Translations under genes and position numbers: made by a program
Shown here: piece by piece, positions 58,254 to 64,000 of the stretch
How the letters are laid out: each line of letters opens with the position of its first letter
Numbering within the stretch: the first letter of the stretch is position 1
The notes under the pieces: generated by a model
Databases searched by the model: none
What the model was told of the DNA's origin: nothing
Seen by the model: the letters and a program-made list of their open reading frames with translations, nothing else
Source: Candidatus Hydrogenedentota bacterium
GTDB lineage: Bacteria; Hydrogenedentota; Hydrogenedentia; Hydrogenedentales; SLHB01
DNA: 64,000 nucleotides
Direction of reading: 5' to 3'
NCBI GenBank assembly: GCA_963668025.2
Contig: CAXXTH010000018.1
Coordinates: forward strand, 448,001 to 512,000

Positions 58254-60735
58254 TTATTCCGTCCAGCCTTTTACTTTTGCTTCTTTGTACAGCACGGCCA
58301 ATTGGGATGGCGTGACGAACACCATATCGGGATCCCGCTGTTCATAGATGTGCTTCACAATGGCGTCCATGCTGTCATAGGTCCAGCAATGCAGAAAGCC
58401 ATTGACGAATGCGGGCCGGACATCGCCCACTTGCTCGCGGACTTCCCTCATGAAGGTGTCTTTACCATACCGCCAGCTTGTCACGGCGCGAAACACCGGC
58501 GTTTCGCCAATCATATATGTAAGGTTCTTTATGCCTTCCCGGCCGGAATAGCGGCCCATGTCGGCGAACAACGAATGGATCTTGGGCATGCCCTCGACGT
58601 ATTCCGTGACAACGGGGTCTTTTCCGCCCACGGTCCGCAATGTGGACATATCGAGCTTATCAAGGTACCGCGCCGTCCAATCGAAGAAATCCTTCATCAC
58701 CGCGCCACGCTCTTGGTAGTGCGCGCCGAAGTGTTCGGGATGGGTATAGCCAATGCCGGATACATCCGCCATGAACTCCGTATTCGGCGTGGCGTGCTCG
58801 AAATACCACTGCGCCACGGCGGGCATAAGGTCCATGATGGGCGGCCCCATGCCGAAGGCCACGGGGAACTTGCCGAAATCCGGGTGCTCGAAGTAGGGCT
58901 TGAAGAATCCTATCCAGCAGTTCTGATTATCGCCGTCGGACATGTCCATGGCGATATAGATTTTATCCTTTTCGAGCGCAGGTGGTTCGATATGATTTTG
59001 TTTAAGTTTATCGATGCGCACGCCGCTCATGACGCACGTGTTGGCCAAGCTGTCGGTGCATACCAGCGCGATGCCGTAGCCGCTAACGAAATCCACGCCC
59101 GCCGGTTCGCCCATGCCCACGCCTTCGCCCGCGAAGGGAAATCCAAGGACGGCCGTATTCGGAACCATCTCGGACAAGACCTTCGCCATGACAGCGGTCT
59201 CCGCCAGGATATCCGCGCCCGGCTCCTTGCTGTCCACGGGGCCCGCGATCCAGAACATGACCGCTTTCCATTGCATATCGTAGGCGAATGCGCCATTCGG
59301 CAGCCTATCCGGATGAAGGAAATCGCTCAGATGATGGCTGAGCCTGTCTTTGTACGTATCCCACACCCATTGCATGCCATCGCTGTACTTGCTAAAACGC
59401 CCGCGCAAATCCACTACGACCGGAATGCCAAGGGATTCGGCCAATTCGGGGGTGGCGATAATCAGATCCTCGCAAGCCGCTACATTGGCCGCCAGCAGGC
59501 TGCCTCGGTATAAATCGGGATCGGGGATCACCGCGCCTTTGTACGCTGTCTTGAATTGCTGGAAAAGGGCTTTCCAGTCCGCCACTGTTTCATATCCGCT
59601 GATGTAGCCTTTTTCCTTGTGCCAATCGAGCCAGGCCGGATCCCGGCCGGAGAAATGGACCCACATACGCGGCTGTTCGCGGCTCGTAAGCCCTTGCAGG
59701 CAGGCCAGCGCGGTTTTCACCTCGTTGGGAAGCGGCCTTGCATCCACCAGCAGCAACGATTGCGCGGGCGTGTTGGATTTCGGTAGAAAGGTGTCGCCCC
59801 AAGGCCTTGGCGTGCGGTTCATGGCTAATTGATCGGGCAACGGCTCAGGGGCGGCCTGCGCATCGCATTGAGTAAAAAACGGCATTCATGCGCTCTTCCG
59901 AAAGCAAGCCTTTTTGCACCAGTATCCAGGCCGCTCCGCGCGTGATGAGCTGCTCCGCGAAGAAGGCGTTCTCCGCATCGAGCTGGCTGGCCGCCTGGCC
60001 CACCCACAAATCGATTGCGCCTTTGAACGCATCACACCGGTGGAGAATCAGCGCGGAAACCGTCTCTGGCTCGCTCTTCCCTTCAGGTAAAAGCCCCACC
60101 AGCGGGATGACCTCATCCGAGGGATCAAGGCTTTTCGCATCGAGCCATTGTTTGGAATGGGGGCCTTGAGGCAAGAGGCTGTTATCGCGGAATCCCAACG
60201 GATTGTTCTGGAAACCGTGGTGCAGAATTTGGAGCACGCCGGAGGCGGGGCCAGCGAACCCGCCCGTGCCCATGCCCTTGGCGTCATGTCCGAGGTACAG
60301 GACTCCACCCATGTCTTTCCAAGCTCCATCTTTCTTCTCACACGGATGGCAGAAAGGTATGCCCGTCAATAGGAGGCATCCGCCTGCCACATGGTAGGCG
60401 CGCAAGGCATCGAACGCAGGCAGCGGGAAAGCGTTGCCATATGGGATGGCCAACACCGGCAGAGTGGCGGGCTCGAGTGCGCCTTCCTTGAGTAAATCAT
60501 CCACGCTCAGATTGCGTGCGGGAATGCCATGTTTCTCGAACATGGGCGCGAACTTTTCAGCCGAAACGCCCGGCGCGCCGCCATAGTCCGCCATGCCTGG
60601 CTCCACCAGCACGCCGATATGCCATGCCTGTTGCATGCCGGAAGCTCCTTCACGATTTGATTCCGATGCCGGTTGCGCCGGGGCAATCATCGCGGCGGTG
60701 CAAGCGCAGCTTAATACAAGCATGTTACGATACAC
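58254..60735 (-). CDS. Secreted protein: GATase-like/Rossmann-like N-domain + GxGYxYP domain, split by a +1 frameshift at the A6 run 59874-59879
   Basis: Signal peptide; [23 protein letters not shown]. Corrected junction [36 protein letters not shown]. Confidence 0.8.
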
Positions 60736-63700
60736 GGCGGCCTCCTTTTACATTTAGCTCTAGAGCTATGCCAGCCACCAAAACCAATACAAGCCCCGCC
60801 AAGGCCATAACCGAAGCGGCAGGCAACGGCTGGTCGTATACCGTGGGATTCGTTCCCTCTTGGTATTCCTGTAAATTGGAGCGCCGGTCATGATCGGGGT
60901 CGCCCGTCGCAATTTGATACAGGTTGCCGAAATGCTCGATTTCCCACGCGTCGCCCAGGCCGTCATTATCCACATCGTCCGTGACGATGACTTCACGCGT
61001 CACTTCAACCGCCGCGTTGCCTGCGGCATCCGATACGTTATACCGGACCGTGTAGGTTCCCAGGGTGTTCACATCGAAATCCGCGCCCGACGTAACGATG
61101 GAATCGGTGATATCGCCGTCCCTATTGTCTGCGGCGTCCGCCCCGGCATCCACATACGCCGCGCCCACCGCATGGCGCACCACCGCGTCGCCCAGCAGCG
61201 TGATCACGGGGGCAATGATGTCTTTCGGGGTAAAAGTATAGACGGCGGTTCCGGTCAAACCAGTGAAACCCGCGCGCGTCGTGATATCCGCCAGCGGGCT
61301 GTCATCTTGGTCCGTGGCTTGCGCGTCGATGATATGCACGACATTATTGGATGCGCTCAGCAAGACCAATTCCAGGCCGGCATTGTCATGCGCATCGCCC
61401 ACGGCCATGGCGGGCGCATCGCCCATACCCAGCCGGTAGGCCAATTCGGGGCTAAGGTTCACAGCAGTTGGCGTCATCAAATCGATGCGGTTGCCGCCAT
61501 CCGAAGCGGAGACGATCTCGAGCCCTGCCGTGCTCTCGATGAAATCGCCCGCCACGAGCGCCGTGATAGGACCGGCCATGCCCCGGAACATGTTTCCATC
61601 CGAAAGCAAACCGGGGACTTGATCGGCGTCCCACCAGGTAAGGCGGCCTGTTGTCGTTCCCGTGAATACTTCCTCATTGGGATTATCCGGCACGATATCA
61701 CCTGCGACAAAACTGGTGACAGGCCCCTCCGTATTTTGGAAGGTAAGCTGCGGGAAACGCGCGGCGGCGTCGGCCCCAGCGGGATCATACTCATTGAAGC
61801 TCATTTGTGTGCCGCCCGTGGCGGGATCCCACACATAGGCGCAGAAGATCTCGAGTCCCGGATTCGAGCCGACGAAATCGCCCACGGCCACGGCGTCCAT
61901 CGAGTACCACAAGCTAATCCATGAATGCGCATCCAGGAGCGGAATGCCGGGCTGGCCGGGAGCCAACACCAGCAACTGGCCGTAATCGCGCGCGCCGTCA
62001 GTCCAGGTCTGCCCCACCACGATTTCAAGGCCCGAATTCGCATCATCCAGCTCGCCCACGGCGATGCTATTGATTTGCTGATGGCCCGTGCTGCTATCGA
62101 GCAACGCGAGCGTCTGGCCCGAACGAATTTCCAGCACATCACCCCGCCCGAGAATGATCTCTTCGCCGGGCGAATCCTCGTCAATCTCCGCCACCGCCAT
62201 CGCCGTGACACCCGGCAAACCGGTTGCCTTGGCGTACTCCGTGTACAAGTCATTGCCATCCAGGGCGCGCAGCGTTCCCCCGCCATCTTCCGAAGAGACC
62301 AGCACGGAAGGCGCCGGCTCGGTGGGGCCTTCATACGGATCACGGCCCAAGATGCGCGTCCATACGTTCTGGAACTGGATGAAATACTCCGCCTTCTCGC
62401 TTTCACTGTCATAATCCAAGCTGGCCGCTTGGGCGGAGAACGCATCGAGTTCCGATTGGAACGCGGCGCGCACTTCCGCCGTGTATTCGGCCGCGTCCAA
62501 ATCCGCCTGGGCATATTCCAGGAACAAGCCGAAGGTCTGCTGCGTGCGCAGATGCAGGCGCGCATACCATGCCAGCGCTTCCGGCGTCACCAGCCGCACA
62601 TGGGACGCCAGCTTCCGCGCGCACCAGCGCGCCGCGCCATATCCCCGCTCGACGCCGTTCGAGATGTCCGCCGCTAGAGGCGTTCCCGATGGCACTTCTT
62701 CGCCGTCTTTAAAGAAGCTCCACGCATGCACCACGGTCCAGTCGAAATAGCCGCTGCTATTCGCGGCTCCCGTGTGTTCCGCGTTGTTGATCATGGCGGC
62801 CACGGCGTTTGGCGTGCCGTTGTTGGCAAAACCGGAGTTGCTCCAGATAGCGTAGCGCGCCATGAACGTGGGAATATCAAGCCCTTGGCCGTTGCCATCC
62901 CAAAAGATCGCGCCCATGCCCGCGTTATAAGGCACGTAATCGATGCAGAACGACCCATACAATGAAGGTAGCGCTTGGGCGACAGCGGCGCGCGCCACAT
63001 TGGCCGCCGATGAATTCCATTGGCTGGCGTCGTAGATATTCCAATACAGCCGCATATCCATGGCGTCCAGCACGGGGGCCATTTGTTCGAGATGGTCTGC
63101 GAAGGTGGCGTCCGCCCGTTTCGAGCCGTAACGTTCGGGATAGAAGTAGCCGCCGCCCACGAGGATATGGCTGTCATTCGCCGTGGCCTGCTCCGCAAGC
63201 GAGCGCACATTGCCTGCGGCGGTCTGGAAAGTGCTGGCGCAGGCCGTGCCCCAGCCAAATGGAAACTCCCCACGCGCCCGGTGCTGGTAATACATCTGCT
63301 CCGTATCATTCAGGAAGTACATATTCAAATTAAAAGCGTCGCCATCGGATAGAATCAATGACGTGTAGTGAACATCTTGTTCCCATTTCAACGTGCTCAG
63401 GTCCACATGTGATTGAGCGTTGAGGTGTGTTTGCTCCATTGGGAAATCCACGCCGGGGTCCAGCAGCGAGAGGAATGCCAGGTTGCTCGTGTGATTGTTC
63501 GCCGCATTCCAGTGGGCGTAATCCGTGGCCAGGCGCGTTTGGGCGTTTTCATCTCCTTGGTTCCAGCCCAAGATAGGCGTATTGGGCTCCATGGCGGCAT
63601 AAACGGCCGTTGTAGGCGCATCCACGCCGAAGAGACAGAAGGCGTCCATGGCGATGGCGTAATCGCGCATGGATGGCAGCTTGGGATCTTGCGCTAATGC

Positions 63701-64000
63701 CATTTTTTTAGAGAGGCTCGACCAATACTGATCGAACACCCACTGTTCAGTCTTGTCGCGCGCATCGAGCAGTTCCGTTAAGCCATGCGATTGGGCGGTG
63801 GCCACTAGAGCCGGAGTGATGATGATGCCGTCCAGCACGGACGCCATCGAAGTGGCTACATTCACCGTTTCATCCGCGCCGCCATCGGCATAAAGCTCCC
63901 GGGAAGCGCTATCAAAATTGAAAACGATGTATCCCTTGACCACGCCGGAAGCCTTGAAGATATCCACCAAATCCCATGTATCGAAAGCGCCCATATCGGT
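60725..64000 (-). CDS. Large surface GxGYxYP protein with FG-GAP-like repeats, bacterial Ig-like domain, Ca-binding repeats and C-terminal anchor; 5' truncated
   Basis: [28 protein letters not shown]. Six (A/V)VG(D/E)...GLEI repeats. [51 protein letters not shown]. Confidence 0.85.
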   Translation of the reverse strand, partial: TDMGAFDTWDLVDIFKASGVVKGYIVFNFDSASRELYADGGADETVNVATSMASVLDGIIITPALVATAQSHGLTELLDARDKTEQWVFDQYWSSLSKKMALAQDPKLPSMRDYAIAMDAFCLFGVDAPTTAVYAAMEPNTPILGWNQGDENAQTRLATDYAHWNAANNHTSNLAFLSLLDPGVDFPMEQTHLNAQSHVDLSTLKWEQDVHYTSLILSDGDAFNLNMYFLNDTEQMYYQHRARGEFPFGWGTACASTFQTAAGNVRSLAEQATANDSHILVGGGYFYPERYGSKRADATFADHLEQMAPVLDAMDMRLYWNIYDASQWNSSAANVARAAVAQALPSLYGSFCIDYVPYNAGMGAIFWDGNGQGLDIPTFMARYAIWSNSGFANNGTPNAVAAMINNAEHTGAANSSGYFDWTVVHAWSFFKDGEEVPSGTPLAADISNGVERGYGAARWCARKLASHVRLVTPEALAWYARLHLRTQQTFGLFLEYAQADLDAAEYTAEVRAAFQSELDAFSAQAASLDYDSESEKAEYFIQFQNVWTRILGRDPYEGPTEPAPSVLVSSEDGGGTLRALDGNDLYTEYAKATGLPGVTAMAVAEIDEDSPGEEIILGRGDVLEIRSGQTLALLDSSTGHQQINSIAVGELDDANSGLEIVVGQTWTDGARDYGQLLVLAPGQPGIPLLDAHSWISLWYSMDAVAVGDFVGSNPGLEIFCAYVWDPATGGTQMSFNEYDPAGADAAARFPQLTFQNTEGPVTSFVAGDIVPDNPNEEVFTGTTTGRLTWWDADQVPGLLSDGNMFRGMAGPITALVAGDFIESTAGLEIVSASDGGNRIDLMTPTAVNLSPELAYRLGMGDAPAMAVGDAHDNAGLELVLLSASNNVVHIIDAQATDQDDSPLADITTRAGFTGLTGTAVYTFTPKDIIAPVITLLGDAVVRHAVGAAYVDAGADAADNRDGDITDSIVTSGADFDVNTLGTYTVRYNVSDAAGNAAVEVTREVIVTDDVDNDGLGDAWEIEHFGNLYQIATGDPDHDRRSNLQEYQEGTNPTVYDQPLPAASVMALAGLVLVLVAGIALELNVKGGRRVS

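Noticed and set aside
58302-62677. Long plus-strand ORFs (403, 344 and 250 aa)
   Set aside because: Antisense to GxGYxYP genes; expected from GC-rich codon bias.
1-64000. CRISPR array, rRNA, tRNA
   Set aside because: No regularly spaced short repeats or recognisable structural RNA genes found by eye. The 1.49-kb periodicity is gene triplication.

Overview
Bacterial genomic DNA of moderately high GC. The pilin-like proteins and C-terminal anchors resemble Candidatus Hydrogenedentota; this is from recalled family signatures and was not searched. The window holds two carbohydrate-utilisation loci of parallel design and the end of a third. Locus A (1.2-23.2 kb) has two atypical GH5 enzymes, GH95, an ABC sugar transporter, a TIM-barrel epimerase, a rhamnulokinase-like kinase, a Tat sulfatase, a surface beta-helix/PASTA protein, three tandem DUF1559 pilin-like genes and a divergent GntR-LacI regulator. 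Each pilin-like gene and the regulator has a sigma70-type promoter overlapped by the same 19-bp palindrome (consensus ATGTATACTnAGTATACAT). Locus B (33.8-43.4 kb) has a GntR-LacI regulator, a DUF1559 gene, an ABC transporter and two GxGYxYP putative hydrolases. Two more GxGYxYP proteins lie at 58-64 kb. Between the loci are a mosaic of mobile-element debris (28.3-33.7 kb), a chemosensory operon (cheA-cheW-soluble MCP-cheB-cheR-cheY-HDOD), a decayed IS701-like element and surface proteins that share an LP-x-x/TM/basic C-terminal anchor. Best candidate for an under-described system: TonB/SusCD-free glycan loci in which separately regulated DUF1559 pilin-like proteins sit where a surface capture module would be. 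Five +1 homopolymer frameshifts in otherwise intact genes are probably sequencing errors. No rRNA, tRNA or CRISPR array was seen.
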